64,000 nt of DNA. Source: Selaginella moellendorffii (Eukaryota; Plantae; Lycopodiophyta). Position numbers and translations under genes: made by a program. Below the pieces are notes generated by a model. The model was not told where the DNA came from, did not search any database, and saw nothing but the letters and a program-made list of their open reading frames with translations. Of the stretch, positions 10,337-22,955 are shown one piece after another; position 1 is the first letter of the stretch, and every line of letters starts with the position of its first letter. The stretch lies in NCBI RefSeq assembly GCF_000143415.4, contig NW_003314269.1:582401-646400 (forward strand), in the 5' to 3' direction.

Positions 10337-12751
10337 CTACAATCCCCTGTGTTCACTGTAGTAGAGCCTCGGCCTCGTTTTCTCCTGCTCCGCCGTCAAC
10401 TCTGAGAACGAGTACCATGAGTGCGTGTTGGCACCCACTGGAATAGCCGGCCGACGGAAAACCTCAATTCCCCGGGGGACATAAACCTCCAGTTCCAAGC
10501 AGTCTTCAACTCCACTTTCCGTTTGGAGGAACTCCATTTTCATCCAGCCGAGACCCGATATCGCAATGTCTCCGACAGGTCTGCGAGGATATATACGATA
10601 AGGAAAAGAAAAGAGAGTTGAACAGAGGCTGCATACCTGGTGTCATCGTAATCGAAAGTGAACTTGTTTCGGTGATCTAAACCGGGCCATGCCGAAGCTC
10701 TCTCATCGGATGGTGGGACTAGAGTCTTTCCAAGTTCTCTCTGCGGAGAAATGGTCAGACTGTACAAGTTTGAGAAAACAAGAACTTACTTTATAGAACT
10801 CGTCAGCTTCGGACGTGAGGACTTTGTGTACCCGCAGTGCTGCTGAGGCATAGAACGTCAACCGGGTGTTTTGAGGAGCCTGTATACACGATTCTGATTA
10901 CAAGCTGTCAAAAGACCAATTCATTTACCTTCAAGACATCGATCCTTGCGATGCCTCCCCAGAACATAGTAGTGCCGGTAAGGTCCTGCACGTTCGATAT
11001 CACCTCGTCCTTCTCCGCTTGCTTCAGAGCTTCTGAAAATATGGACTCGGGGCCCTTCCGTTCAAGAATGGGTGAGACTACATAGCCCCGAAGACGACGA
11101 GCTGGAAAAAGTGATGGAAGATCGTCTGGGGAGATAGCAGTCTCAATACGGTGGTGAAGGTGAACCCCAGGAGTATCGTACATGCTCTAAGCAGAAGATC
11201 AACTTAGACAACAAGAAAATATCAAATGCATACCCCTCCACTAGCAAAAGCATCGATTGAGATGGGGCCGACTGTAGTGCCAGGTAAAACTGACTGAACT
11301 GGCTTGCGTTTCCTTGCTACCGCTGCAATTGGATCTCTAGCGGCCATTTCCTCTGCAAAACAGACAGACAAGAACGTTTCTTCAATTATGTGCACGTGAA
11401 TAGCTTACTGAGCAGAGAGCTGATGAATGCGGATTTACCGACGTTGGCTGCTCCCTGGAATAAAAACATATAATCACAATAAATCAAAACTTCAAAACCC
11501 GCGTACCAGTATATAGACATCACGTCCCTGAAAACATAATTTTCAACATGAGTCATAATGCCAACGAATAAAAAACAGACCTGTCTTTCGCGGTGAATCT
11601 CTTTGACAATATTTGTAATGCCCATGAAGTACTTCGCGCTCGTCAAATGCACACTGATTACACTACAAGCAGTAGAGCGACATCAGAAAACAGGCTGTAG
11701 AAAAGGCGCATTGGTTACTTCAGTTTCTTTCGTTGTGTAGACTCTACAATCCAGTCGCCAACAGCTGCCAAGTCTGTACCTTCAGGAAGAAGATCGACCT
11801 GCAGTCATGCATTCACAAGAAGCTTTGAAATGTATACAGAAACAGAACCTTGGTCGCCACCAAAACAATTGGATTGTTCCCAACGAGATCACGAATACGG
11901 GTAAGAAAACTGCCACTGAAATCGACAATGTCAACCTGCAAACAAAGACTTCATATTGATGCAGAAAACACTGAATTACAATCAACTTACGAGTTTCAAC
12001 ACCAATACTCTTTCCTCGCGTATATGTGCCAATTGCGCACGCAATTCCTCCGCCGTCACAAAACCTTTCTCGCGTCCATAGATGCCGTAGCCACCGACGG
12101 CAGGTATAAGCTTTCCATGGCACATCAGTTGGCATCTGCTACAGAGCACAGATTTTAGCTGATGGTGCTTCTTTTTCTGCATAGAGAACGTGAACTGTTA
12201 CTATCAACGTGTAACCAGAAAAAGGAACTTACCAATTCATACGTCTCGGCATTGATGTATCCAGGAGAGTTTTCTTGCGTATACTGGAGAACTGCACCGC
12301 AACCATAGCAGCAAGGCTCGAGAGATTTTAGCTTGACCACCTGTGACTTCCCCTTCTTCTTTTCACGCTTCGCTGCCTGTTTCTCTACCAGAGCTTGGTC
12401 TCTGACTTTCTGCTCCTCCAAAAACTTGTCACCCCTGCTTGGAAGCGGAACATACCCTGACGAAACCTCCTCTTTGGTCGATTCCTTTGGATCAGCTGTT
12501 CCTTTAAACTTCCGAGAATCGCCAGCCTTGTACTGTGTTTCTTGTCTGGTCTTCTCGTGTCTTTCTCCAAAACGATCCAATCGCTTTTTATCAGCGATCT
12601 CAATCACGACTGAATCACCTTGCAAAGTCTTCTTGGCGAAAGATTTCACATTCTTCCTTTCGGAGCTGCTAGCCACGATATTCGCAGAAAGCCAGCGCGA
12701 GGTCGAGAATGCGCTGGGTGAAACCAACGCGGACGCGCTGAATACTGGCAT
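10337..12751 (-). CDS. BPG2: YqeH-type circularly permuted GTPase BPG2 (chloroplast)
   Basis: CYGCG...CSRC zinc finger, TKVD (G4), GAANVGKS (G1), DTPG (G3), KKKHHQL; transit-peptide-like N-terminus. Confidence 0.9.
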
Positions 12752-13325
12752 GATGAATCCCAGGGCGCCTAGATTCTCCTAGAATGAGAGCTGTAGCAAA
12801 ACGGGGGCTAGATGCAGCAAGATTTTCATGGCATTCGAGCCATCCCTGGCACGTTTCAAGCATCAAGACGAAGCAAATATCAGAAATTTCAAGAATCCCG
12901 ACCATGACAAGCACATTATCGACATACCAGTCCCGACCGCAAATAAGCGCCATCGCTCACACTCCGCCTCGCTACAAGGGCTTTAGCAAAGAAATAGGGT
13001 TCTAGAGAGAAACCCAAATAAAACGAATATCGAGAATATACCCTCAATTTAAATTTGTTTTAAAAAAGGAGGAACAGCGTTCCTTTGTTTTATTAAAATC
13101 AATCTTTATAATACAGCAAACCAGGGCATAGATGGATCTTTCCCCCCCCTTCCATGTACAAAAAGAATTCATTTGGAATTCATAGCGTAGTAGAGACACC
13201 CAAAAGAAAAAAAAACCTTAGAACATTTTTTTTTTTTTTGTGGTTGGAGTGTGGTATCATTCACCCGATCGATTTGATTCGCCTCTTCGCGCCCACCATG
13301 CCCTGGAGAGATGCCCTGGGAATCT

Positions 13326-14144
13326 CTAAGACCCGGGGGTGAAGTTGGTGGCATATGCCCAGGCATTGTTAGCCACTGGATCTGCCAGGTGGTCGGACAA
13401 GTTCTCGAGGGGGCCCTTACCGGTGACGATGGCCTGGACAAAGAAGCCAAACATGGAGAACATCGCCAGCCGTCCATTCTTGAGCTCCTTCACCTTGAGC
13501 TCCGCAAACGCCTCGGGATCCTCGGCCAATCCAAGGGGGTCGAAGCTGCCACCTGGGTAGATCGGGTCCGTCACCTCGCCCAACGGCCCTCCGGCGATGC
13601 GGTAGCCCTCCACGGCGCCCATGAGGATGACCTGGGACGCCCAGATGGCGAGGATGGACTGGGCGTGGACGAGGCTAGGGTTGCCCAGGTAGTCGAGGCC
13701 GCCCTCCTTGAAGATCTGGGAGCCGGCCTTGAACCACACCGCCTCGCCGAATTTGATGCCGTTCTTGGAGAGGAGCTCCGGGAAGACGCATCCCAGCGCG
13801 CCCAGCATCGCCCAGCGGGAGTGGATCACCTCGAGCTCCCTGTTCTTGGCGAAGGTCTCTGGGTCGGCCGAGAGCCCGGCGGTGTCCCAGCCGTAGTCGC
13901 CCGGGTACTCGCCGGTGAGGTAGGAGGGGGACTCGCCGCTGAAGGGGCCGAGGTACTTGACGCGGTCGGGGCCATACCAGGGGCTGCCTCCTCCCACCGA
14001 GGAAGCCCTGCCGGTCTTGCGCATCGCGACCCGGGAGCCATTGCTAGCGTTGCGGGCGACGAACTCGTTCTGGGGCTTGAGACCGGTCTGGCCGGCGAAT
14101 GTGGATGGAGCGGCCATTGTGGCGGTGGCAGTCATGGCGGCCAT
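13326..14144 (-). CDS. LHCB1: LHCII major chlorophyll a/b-binding protein (Lhcb1/2 type), intronless
   Basis: [58 protein letters not shown]. Confidence 0.97.
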   Translation of the reverse strand: MAAMTATATMAAPSTFAGQTGLKPQNEFVARNASNGSRVAMRKTGRASSVGGGSPWYGPDRVKYLGPFSGESPSYLTGEYPGDYGWDTAGLSADPETFAKNRELEVIHSRWAMLGALGCVFPELLSKNGIKFGEAVWFKAGSQIFKEGGLDYLGNPSLVHAQSILAIWASQVILMGAVEGYRIAGGPLGEVTDPIYPGGSFDPLGLAEDPEAFAELKVKELKNGRLAMFSMFGFFVQAIVTGKGPLENLSDHLADPVANNAWAYATNFTPGS

Positions 14145-14239
14145 TGCTCGATCGATCTAAGCAACCAAAGGGGAAGAGAAGAGGTCTGCTCGAATGCTCA
14201 CTCACTACACACTGGACTGCTGCCCCAACACTCCCAGTG

Positions 14240-14580
14240 TAGTGTTTAAATGCGCGCCTTACCTTATCCCGTCGTGGCGCCTCCGGGCCAATGGGGGGTG
14301 ACAATTGGATTCTGGCCGAGGTGGACGATTTCCAGCCGATGACATTATCGAAATTCGGATGAGCTGGACGCCTTCCAGCCAATTGCACCGTGCTGTGGGT
14401 CCAGCTCGCGAGCCCAACTGGTTGCCTCTCTCGTGTCCACGTGTGCCATGTCATTGCCGGCATGGGCTTGCCGCTCGGTCCATGTCATACGCTGGCAGTG
14501 GCTATCCCTGTAATCTCCACGGCCCAACCATGGCCACTTCTTTCTAGCCGATATTTTTCTCCACGGGAAGGTGATAAGGC
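14240..14580 (-). promoter_or_regulatory. Light-responsive Lhcb promoter
   Basis: TATA-like TTTAAA ~14245-14250, I-box GATAAG 14263-14268, CCAAT boxes ~14288 and ~14304, G-box CACGTG 14438-14443, second GATAAG ~14573. Confidence 0.75.
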
Positions 14581-15224
14581 CCTGGCAACGAATATGATAT
14601 GGAGTTCAACGGATCACCATAAAAAGCATATCATATACATAAATAGGGCTGCGTGGCACGAATTTCCATGTCAAGTGCCATGTCATCATTGCTGCCGAAT
14701 GATAAAGCGTGATTGTCCAATCTCATTATTGTAAACATATTGTCTAGGGTTTATAGGATTAGGGTTTGGATATTTTGTGTGAAGAGAGGGAAATGCGCGA
14801 TCGAGCAATCAGATTTCAAGAACCCTAAATAGGAATTTCCCGCTACCTTTTGGCCTTCAAAACTATCCCTCTTTCGCTTACTTTACCTGTGATGACAGTG
14901 AGAGGATCAACTTATGCGGATTGATCTCTGCAAGTTCAGAGTAAGATCTCGAAGAAACTCTTCTTTTCTTCTAGTGTTTTAGTATGGAGGCTATGCTCTA
15001 TCTTCGTGGCCACAGCCTTTTTACTCTTACGTCGAACAGACAAATTGGTAACTGATGACATCGCACGCTGTTAGCTGACGTGGAAAAGCCTTCTTTAGGG
15101 TGCCACATGAACACATTAGTTAAAGCAATCTGGCTTTACTTTTCTTAATTCTATTGTTATGTAGTTTACAGAGACAGCGAGAGAGAGAGGGGGGGGGACT
15201 ATGCTCATTCCATGCTGTGTTGCG

Positions 15225-16275
15225 ATGCAATGCAGTGCAATGTAATTCAATGTAGATCATTGTCCTTGCTGTTTGTCTCTTGATTCAGTCATGAGGCTCG
15301 TCCAGGATGTTATAGCCAGGAGTTGTCTGCCTTTCGTCTAGCGCTCAATGCAAGGAATTTTATCACCTAATATAGCAGGAAGAGTGCCGCCATAGCTGCC
15401 GAGTCCGGGTTTCCGATGAGTTCTGGGAGGTTTGGAGCCGTGAAGTTCAGCAAGACGTATGTATGCTGGACACTCATAAATCACATCTTTGTCCCCAATC
15501 GGCAGAGGTGACACCAACGCTAGTCTCTAGGGGTGATTGGTGTTCTTTGACGTCCAAGCTCTATGTGGAGGGAATGCGCACTCATTCTGTATTTGGCAAG
15601 CGTGCATCTGGTGGTGTAGCCAGTGGTGTTGTGGACTTCCAACTTGGATTTGACATCATGTAAGTAGTCTTGGAACCTGGGGTTCTTGTTGGATCCTACT
15701 TGCCAACCTTTGAGGCTGATCCATGCTTGGGGGACTTTTGTCACCAATTGTCCCAGGAGCAACTCAAAGTTGAGTTATAATCTCTTCATCCATTGTTGGC
15801 AGTCCTTCCACCATCTGTAGTTTGTTGCTCGTATACAATGGTTGAAGAAGTGAAAGTATGGTGAGTTTCCATGCTTGGATTAAATTTAATTTTGATGCAG
15901 AGGAGTCCATATGATGCTCTTTCCTGGATGCTAAAGTCTGTGGCTGATGAAAGTGTGGTTCAAATCTTCCAGCCAGGACCAACTGGTGGCAGATTGGTTG
16001 GGTGCTCTTTTCGGGCGTCCCATCAGTAGATACCGTTTTGTCGGAGCATATTGATTAGTATGCCCAATTTGCTACTGCTTCCCGCTGTATAAGTCCAGTC
16101 GTCCATGTGCGTTGGCGGTACCCTAAGTATTTGTAGGTGGTGACTTCCTGTCCTCGATAACTGGGTGGTGCTATCACAGCTTTGGACTCGAAGATCACGA
16201 TCTATTTGCTCTGATGGATAGTCATGTTGTTTGGCAGAAGCTGCTTCTGTAGTTTTTTCTTTGTAAGTCATCTGC
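15225..16275 (-). mobile_element. Degraded 3' part of a non-LTR retrotransposon (LINE ORF2 C-terminus)
   Basis: RCTLAKYRMSAHSLHIELGR...RWCHLC...ECPAY zinc-knuckle-like region with stops and frameshifts; (CATTG)-like repeated tail ~15225-15255. Confidence 0.65.
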
Positions 16276-16961
16276 GTATAACAGCAGATGGAGGTTTAGA
16301 ACCACACACTTTCTAGCTTTTTAAAGTTTCATGAGTATGGGTGTGCAAACTAGATTTTCCTACTCAATACTTAGTTCAAACAAACCAAGAAACTTTGGTG
16401 CGAGCCAAAGAATCCAATTTACAAAAAGAAACCACTCCACCCCTCTTTTTGCCTGAGGTGGCCATTGTGCAACCTCACCTGGACTCGGAAATGGATACCA
16501 ACTTGGCCAAAACCAGTTCAATTTTAAACCAACTTAGCTCCAACATCTTCAGCCCTCGAACCACTTGAGCCCAAGGTTTAGATTTAAGTTTAGTTTGAGT
16601 ACAGAGCTCAACTCGTGAGCTCAAAGGTACGACAACCATTGTTTCGTCATTGTTTGTGATGATAGAAACTCAATGGTGCTTTTCAGCCGACTGCTTTTAT
16701 GTCATCAATATATTTTTTTTAGCTGAATGGCAAACTGAAAAACACAAGTCATGTGATTAAAATACGTATCTTTTCCTTTTGACATATATAAAGAATAGAA
16801 AGAAAAGGAATACAAAAGTTGTAAAACACAAAAGAATTTCTGTAACTTGACTTTGAGCCCATAGAGTGCTAGGTTAAATTGAGGCCACCAATGTGAGGGA
16901 GAGAGGCTCCCTTCACTCAAGCATAGGGACACCACGTTTATGTAGAAAACTCCATGTAGGA

Positions 16962-17469
16962 TCCTTCTCACCGCTTCCAAAGTACCTTTTCCAACCAGCA
17001 TCCTCATGCTCGAAGTGCTCTCTCATGTTGATGGTGTTCCCAGCCTTGGCCTCGTTCAACATTGTCTGTACCCGGCCGCCTCCTTCCATCCTTCACGTCG
17101 TCAGCAAGTGCTCCACGCAAATCCTTCTCACGAGCTTCCAGTGAGCGTCGTAAGGGGCCAGCCTGACGTCCTGGTCGTGGTATGACATGAGCATTCCTGC
17201 AGTAGTTCTCGGCCGAGACGAGAAAGTATCGTCCTGAGTCCAGCTAGCAAGTGGAGCCAAGCCTGCAGTAGACGAGAGGTCCCTACTTTTGGCACCAGCC
17301 AGCCATTGTCCTGTGGGGGTCTGCATTAAGTTCCCAAGGATCGGCCAGCCGGGAGGACCTGAGGGTAACTTCCTTTTCTCTTTTCTTCCCAGCATCACCG
17401 AGAAAACACAGAGCTGCCACAAGCATGTACGTTCCATCCCTCAACCGAGCTCAGGAAATCCACCATCAT
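16962..17469 (-). pseudogene. Truncated, frameshifted duplicate of the 5' half of the adjacent CYP703 gene
   Basis: Near-identical blocks to 18850-19470 (GPPGWPILGNLMQ, SRPRTTAG, YHDQDV.LAPYDAHWKL) with deletions; no heme-binding region. Confidence 0.9.
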
Positions 17470-17872
17470 GCTCTTGACTTGGAATCTGGAAATGGAAGTT
17501 AACTAGAAGTTTTGAGTAGGGAATATTTGTAGGATTAAACAGGTCTAATTTAATGTTAAAATTCTGTGATATTTCGAGATAATCATGGTGTCTCGGCCTT
17601 ACAACATGGAGATTTCTGTCGTTGGCACAGCGACCTAATATCCACGATGGAGTCCACAAGGGTCCTTGCACACCTATAAGTCAAGAGTTAGCTTGATCTG
17701 CTTTGACTATTCCTCGCCATCTTAATCTGTCCCCATCCACCACAACCACTTCCTTGAGCCAAGCATGCTTGCCCAGTTGCTGAAAGACTGTCATCAGTCA
17801 AAACCCTTGCTAATCAACCATTGCTTCAAAACAAAACAAAGCATATACTTGATCTTGCCAGAAAGAGAGAGA

Positions 17873-19477
17873 TTAATGGAGACAGTAGAAGCTCTCATCC
17901 AGCCGAGCTTTTGCCACTGCTCGCAACGGAGTCCTCGGCGGCGTCGTGAGGCCGTAAGCTTCCATAACGTCAATGTCTCCCGTGCTCATTCCCGGCGGTG
18001 GATACCAGTCGAATCCATGAAAAAGTCGTCCCAGGCCGAGGAGGAGCATCGACTGCCCGAGTTGGGCACCGGGGCACGCCCGCTTGCCGGAGCCAAATGG
18101 AATGACGCGATACTCGGAGTCGCGGAGGTGGACTTTATCGTCGGTCCTGAGGAACCTCTCGGGCCGGAACTCGTCGACGTTGTCCCACACCGCGCTGTTC
18201 CTTCCCAGCCCGTGAGTGTTGATGAGGATGAGCGAGCCTTTGGGGACGTGGTAGCCGGCAACGTTGGTGTCCCGGATCGACTCGTGAGGTATGAGGAAGC
18301 CGCCAACCGGGTGCATCCTGAAAGTTTCCTTGACAGCTGCTTTCAGGTAGTCGAGGCTCGCTAGATCCGACTCTTCCACTAAGTGTTTGTTGGTGGCTTT
18401 CTTTTCCAGCACCGAGTCTATCTCCTTCTGGACTTTGCGCATAACTTTCGGGTTCCGGATCATCTCGAGCATAAACCACTCCATAGTGAAGGACGCGGTA
18501 TCGGTGCCCCCCACGACCATATCCTGAGAGAAAAATTTACGATACAAAGGAACAAGGAGAGACCTCTTAGTTACCTGTATCAGTGCTTTGATTTCCACGT
18601 CGTTGAGCTCGCTGTTCTCACCGAGAAGAACGTCCACAAAGTCCTTAGGACCATCGACCACTTCCTGCCTCTTCCTGTGCTCCTCGATGATGTAGCTGTA
18701 GTAGTCGTCCATTCGCTTCCCAATCTTCTTAAACTGGTGCCTATAACTTTTGGGATCCATCCACTTGAGGAGCGGTACGTGATCCGGAATGAAGAAAACA
18801 CCAATGAGGGCAACAGCCTCGTGTAGGAGCTCCCGAATATCGGTGGCCTCCTTCTCACCTGTGGACTCGGTTCCAAAGTATCTCTTTCCAATCAGCATTC
18901 TCGTTATCACATTCATGGTGAAGCCTCCCAAGTGCTCCCTTATGTTGATGGTGTTCCCAGCCTTGGCCTCCTTCAACATTGTCTCTACCAGGTCGCGAGC
19001 TTCCTCGGCCCGGCTCTTCTGGAAGCCTTCCATCCTTCGTGTCGTCAGCAAGTTCTCCACGCAAATCCTCCTCATGAGCTTCCAGTGAGCATCATAAGGG
19101 GCCAGCCCGACGTCCTGGTCGTGGTATGCCATGAGCTTTCCCGCAGTAGTTCTCGGCCGAGACGCGAAAGTTTCGTCCTGAGTCCACAGCAGCTCCCGGA
19201 TCATCTGAGGCGAGCTAGCGGTGATGGTCGGAGTGGAGCCAAGCCTGCAGTAGACGAGAGGTCCATACTTCTGGCACCAGCCAGCCATTGTCCTGTGGGG
19301 GAGGGGACCGAGCTGCATCAAGTTTCCGATGATCGGCCAGCCGGGAGGACCTGGGGGCAAATTCCTGTTCTCTTTTCTTCCCAACATCACCAATACAACG
19401 CAGACCAGCGCTGCCACAACCATGCACGCAGCGTTCCATCCCGGTGCCGAGCTTAGGAAATCCACCACAGTGCTCAT
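17873..19477 (-). CDS. CYP703: Cytochrome P450, CYP703 family (CYP71 clan)
   Basis: LPPGPPGWPIIGNL, RRICVENLLTTRR, EIKALIQ|DM, KETFRMHP, INTHGLGRN, PERF, PFGSGKRACPG; one 51-nt in-frame intron at 18524-18574. Confidence 0.85.
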   Translation of the reverse strand: MSTVVDFLSSAPGWNAACMVVAALVCVVLVMLGRKENRNLPPGPPGWPIIGNLMQLGPLPHRTMAGWCQKYGPLVYCRLGSTPTITASSPQMIRELLWTQDETFASRPRTTAGKLMAYHDQDVGLAPYDAHWKLMRRICVENLLTTRRMEGFQKSRAEEARDLVETMLKEAKAGNTINIREHLGGFTMNVITRMLIGKRYFGTESTGEKEATDIRELLHEAVALIGVFFIPDHVPLLKWMDPKSYRHQFKKIGKRMDDYYSYIIEEHRKRQEVVDGPKDFVDVLLGENSELNDVEIKALIQVTKRSLLVPLYRKFFSQDMVVGGTDTASFTMEWFMLEMIRNPKVMRKVQKEIDSVLEKKATNKHLVEESDLASLDYLKAAVKETFRMHPVGGFLIPHESIRDTNVAGYHVPKGSLILINTHGLGRNSAVWDNVDEFRPERFLRTDDKVHLRDSEYRVIPFGSGKRACPGAQLGQSMLLLGLGRLFHGFDWYPPPGMSTGDIDVMEAYGLTTPPRTPLRAVAKARLDESFYCLH

Positions 19478-19629
19478 GACTGACTTAGAAACTCGAAAAC
19501 AGAAGTTACCTTGACGAGTCGGCTTTAGAGTGGCGAGTGGCGTCAGGGGATGGTGGCGACGATAACCTTGCTCGCGGCCTGGGATATGAGAATGGTGGTC
19601 GTGGCCTTGGAAATGCTAGCACTGCTACT

Positions 19630-20130
19630 ACTTCTGGGAAGTCCTGCAAACCAGGATCATCGTCTTCTAGTCATGGCAGTCATGGCGACCATTGCTCGAT
19701 CTAAACAAGCAAGGGAAAGGAAAGAGAGATGAGAGCGCTCGCTCCTTAGCTCGAATGCGAGAACACTACACACTGGATTGCTGCCAGAGTGTTTAAATAC
19801 GCGCCTCGTTGTGGCGCTGGGCCAATGGCAGCTCTGCCAGCGTGGACTTTCCGCGCGCGGTCCATGTCATGGCTACCAACCATGGCCACCTCTTATTCGT
19901 ATTGTTGGGCATAAGATGTAAAATATAGTGTAGCAAATTTATGTTGTTTTGGCAAAATCTCACAAAGCTATGGAGTGGAAAATGGTCCATGTCATGGCTA
20001 CCAACCATGGCCACTTCTTTCCACCTGATATTCTTCTCCACACAAAAGTTATTTGGATTGTTGGGCACAAGATGTAAAATATATTGTAGCAAATCTATGT
20101 TGTTTTGGCAGAATCTCACAATCACAAGAA
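19630..20130 (-). repeat. Third, degenerate copy of the Lhcb 5'/promoter cassette, with an internal tandem duplication
   Basis: gtcatggcgaccattgctcgatcta...cactacacactgga...gtttaaat.cgcgcct...ggccaatgg matches 14130-14295; 19860-19965 is repeated at 19984-20120. Confidence 0.85.
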
Positions 20131-20183
20131 ATGCCATGTAAGCTGAGGAGTGGACAATGTTTCCTCTCCAAGAGCTTTAAAGT

Positions 20184-21331
20184 TTAACGGGGAGTTAAAC
20201 AGCACCACCATCCAACCAAGATTCCCACCAAAGCACCCGCCACCACCTGGAGAGGAGTGTGCCCTAGTAGCTCCTTGAGCTTCTTCTCGCTCACGGGATG
20301 CCCCTGGAAGAGATCCTTGATGATCATGTTGAGAACCTGGAGCACAAGAAAGCGCAAGGCCCGAGTCACATACTGCTAGCGCTCAAGAGTGTTTGATCCT
20401 ACAAACTGACCAATGCAACGAGCGCTACTCTAAAAGTCTTGTAGGATGCCTCTAGAACTCCCTCCTCAAGCTTTGCTGTGATTTACGAGAACCCTTCATG
20501 ATCTAGAGATCTAAAGATCTACGCGATTCTCTCAGGCCAGAGCAATGCAATGCAGAACTACAGCGAGAAAATGGCTATGGATGGATGGAGAAGACGTACC
20601 TCGGCTTGCATTCCGGCATGGCGTCTCACTCCCGTGGCATCGTACATGACAATGAGGCTAAACCCGAGGCAAACCGGGAACAAGGCGTCCCCGACGCCAT
20701 GGGAGAGCGCCACCGAGGTGGTGAGCCCGAGGCAAAGAGCCGAGTGGGACGACGGCATGCCGCCCGATCCAACCAGCATCCTCAAATCCCACCGTCGGTA
20801 CACCACGTAGGTGGTGAGCACCTTGCTCGCCTGCGCCACCATCCACGCCACCAGCCCGGACATGAAGGTGGGATTCGCCCGGAGCGTGACGATCATGGGG
20901 CTGAGATGCGCGCTGGCCATGGCGGAGGTGCTGAGCAGCGCCATTCCCAGCGGCGACGATCCATTGGCGAGGAGATTCCCGCTGGGCGCGGCGCTGGGCG
21001 ATGACCTAAATATCCTGTCCGCGAGGGAGACGAGCAGCGATGCGATCCGGGCGAGCGCCGCGACGAGCGATGTGAGGCAGATTATGGTGAGGCAGCGCGA
21101 GGAGCGCGAGCAGTAGAGACGTACCAGGCTCCTTCGGGTGGAATCCCTGCCGCGCCCGGGGAGCTTTGGGCGATTGGAGGAGGAGGAGGAGGGATTCAAG
21201 AAGGCCGCGCCGATGATCGGGAGCGCTGGATTTCTCGGGGCGATCCCGGCCGGAGCTCGCAAATGTGGGAGTGACGAGCGAAGGAGAGGAGGAGGATTAG
21301 GGCTCCAGGAGGAGACCATGGCGACGCTCAT
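20184..21331 (-). CDS. DUF212 divergent PAP2 (YuiD-like) membrane protein, probably plastid-targeted
   Basis: SGGMPSSHSA, VMYDATGVRRHAG, ELLGHTPLQV; intron 20337-20599; the start could alternatively be 21406. Confidence 0.9.
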
Positions 21332-21646
21332 TCCCCCGCCATTGTGCCTTCTCCAAACCCCGGCCACGAATCCCGGCCAGCGGATATCCCTGGAAGGATG
21401 TTCCATATATTCTTTTCATGCGCTTAACTTTATAAAACCTCTTCGTGGAGGAGAAAAAGCAAGCTTGATTTTTCTCGACTTTTCGCGAGAACTTGGAAGA
21501 GAAACAACTATAACTTTGATCTTTGCAATTCCTTTCCAACTTTTGCATCATCTCGAAGTTTGCGTCATTGCCGTGACAATGCAAGCTTTCTTCTATAGAA
21601 ACAATCACGAAAAGGAGGAAAAACAAAGAGCGAGCTTACTTCATTG

Positions 21647-22884
21647 TCAGGAAGTTTTGCACACTGTGGCTCGAGCTTCGCAGCCCGGGTAGACAGCCAG
21701 CCCCGGACGATTGAGCTGCTTCTCTGCGAAGCACGCACAGCGGGATTCCCCCGAGCCTTGAGATGGAAGCGGCGATGGTTTGCTGAGAATGCGAGGATAA
21801 CCACTGTCACACCACACCTGCAAGAGTTTGAAGCACACCATAATCAACGTAGGAACGCTGGAGTATCATCGTTTAGAGTACCTCTCCACCTTCGCTTTGA
21901 GACCACCGTGAGTTGCAAGTCGGGAACTTTTTCTCCTCGGCTTCCTGCTGCTTCAAGAGCTCCTCGCCTCGTTTGATCCTTTTCTCGACGCGCAGCAGCT
22001 CGTCTGTTGGCTTTCCATTGGAGTCGTAGTACGTTCCAATCAGCTTTCCAATATATCTGCAAAGAGTCTATCTGTCAACCAGAGAAAACAAACAAAGAAC
22101 TTACGAGTAGCTGTTGTGATAGAAGCTTCGCCAATCTCCTATTCTTTTCACCTATATGAAGAGCAGTCTGAGTGAGGGAAGAGAGTTTAAAATAAAACAA
22201 TGAAGACCTCTATTGGCGAAAGACCACGAACACTGTCAGAAAGCCCATCGCCTGTGAAGGATCAATCGATAGAAAAACATTGGTGCTCAAAAGATGAGAG
22301 AGCCATCACTGATCAGTAGATAATTTTACCAGTAAAGTTTCCAGAAACGAATGCTCTCGTCGCGTCCCTGATCATGATCATATGGTTAGCGGAAGAAAAA
22401 AAAAGAAGGAGAATTCTATAGACCTTCCAGAGAAGTGATGGTAGCTCCCTCCAACGCCATAGTGTTGTCTTCCACTCGTGACATCAAACACAGACCTTGT
22501 AACATCTATCAGCACAGTGAGCCAAACAAAAACAAGAAAAGCGAGAGTTTTCTCACCCCAGAATGCTCAAGTAAATTGGAAGCTCCTTGCTCGCTCCATC
22601 GAACTGGGACAAGCTCTCACTCGTGAAAATCCTCTGCGAAGAGAAATGCCGCTAACTCCACAGAAGGAAAAACAAACACTCACTGGTTTTGGAGTCGCCA
22701 GACGAAGCACAAGAGCAGCGATCGCAACAGCGCTAAGAAATCCAATCCAGCCAGGACGTCCCCGCGGCGGCGGCGGCACCGCCACTGTCTTCCCATTCTC
22801 CTCTTCGCGAGCTGCCTCGCCAGTAGAAGCGGAAGCTCCATCGCGATCGAGCGAGCTCCTCTGCCGCATTCCACTACTAGCCAT
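21647..22884 (-). CDS. MAPR4: Membrane-associated progesterone-binding protein 4 / neuferricin-like (cytochrome b5-like)
   Basis: N-terminal TM, IYLSILG-SVFDVTSG..HYG.GGSYHHFSGRDATRAFVSGNF, C-terminal RCAC...YPGC. Confidence 0.88.
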
Positions 22885-22955
22885 ATTTAAGCCTAGCTCG
22901 TTGGAACCCTAAATTTCCAGCCTATCTAGGGTTTTCTGGGCCAGAGCGCATCACA

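Noticed and set aside
13311-14249. 312-aa plus-strand ORF
   Set aside because: Antisense shadow of the GC3-rich Lhcb CDS; no domain features
14885-15060. Possible C/D snoRNA or miR156-like site (GTGATGA, tgacag..gagag, small hairpin)
   Set aside because: No well-placed D box or terminal stem, and a poor match to miR156
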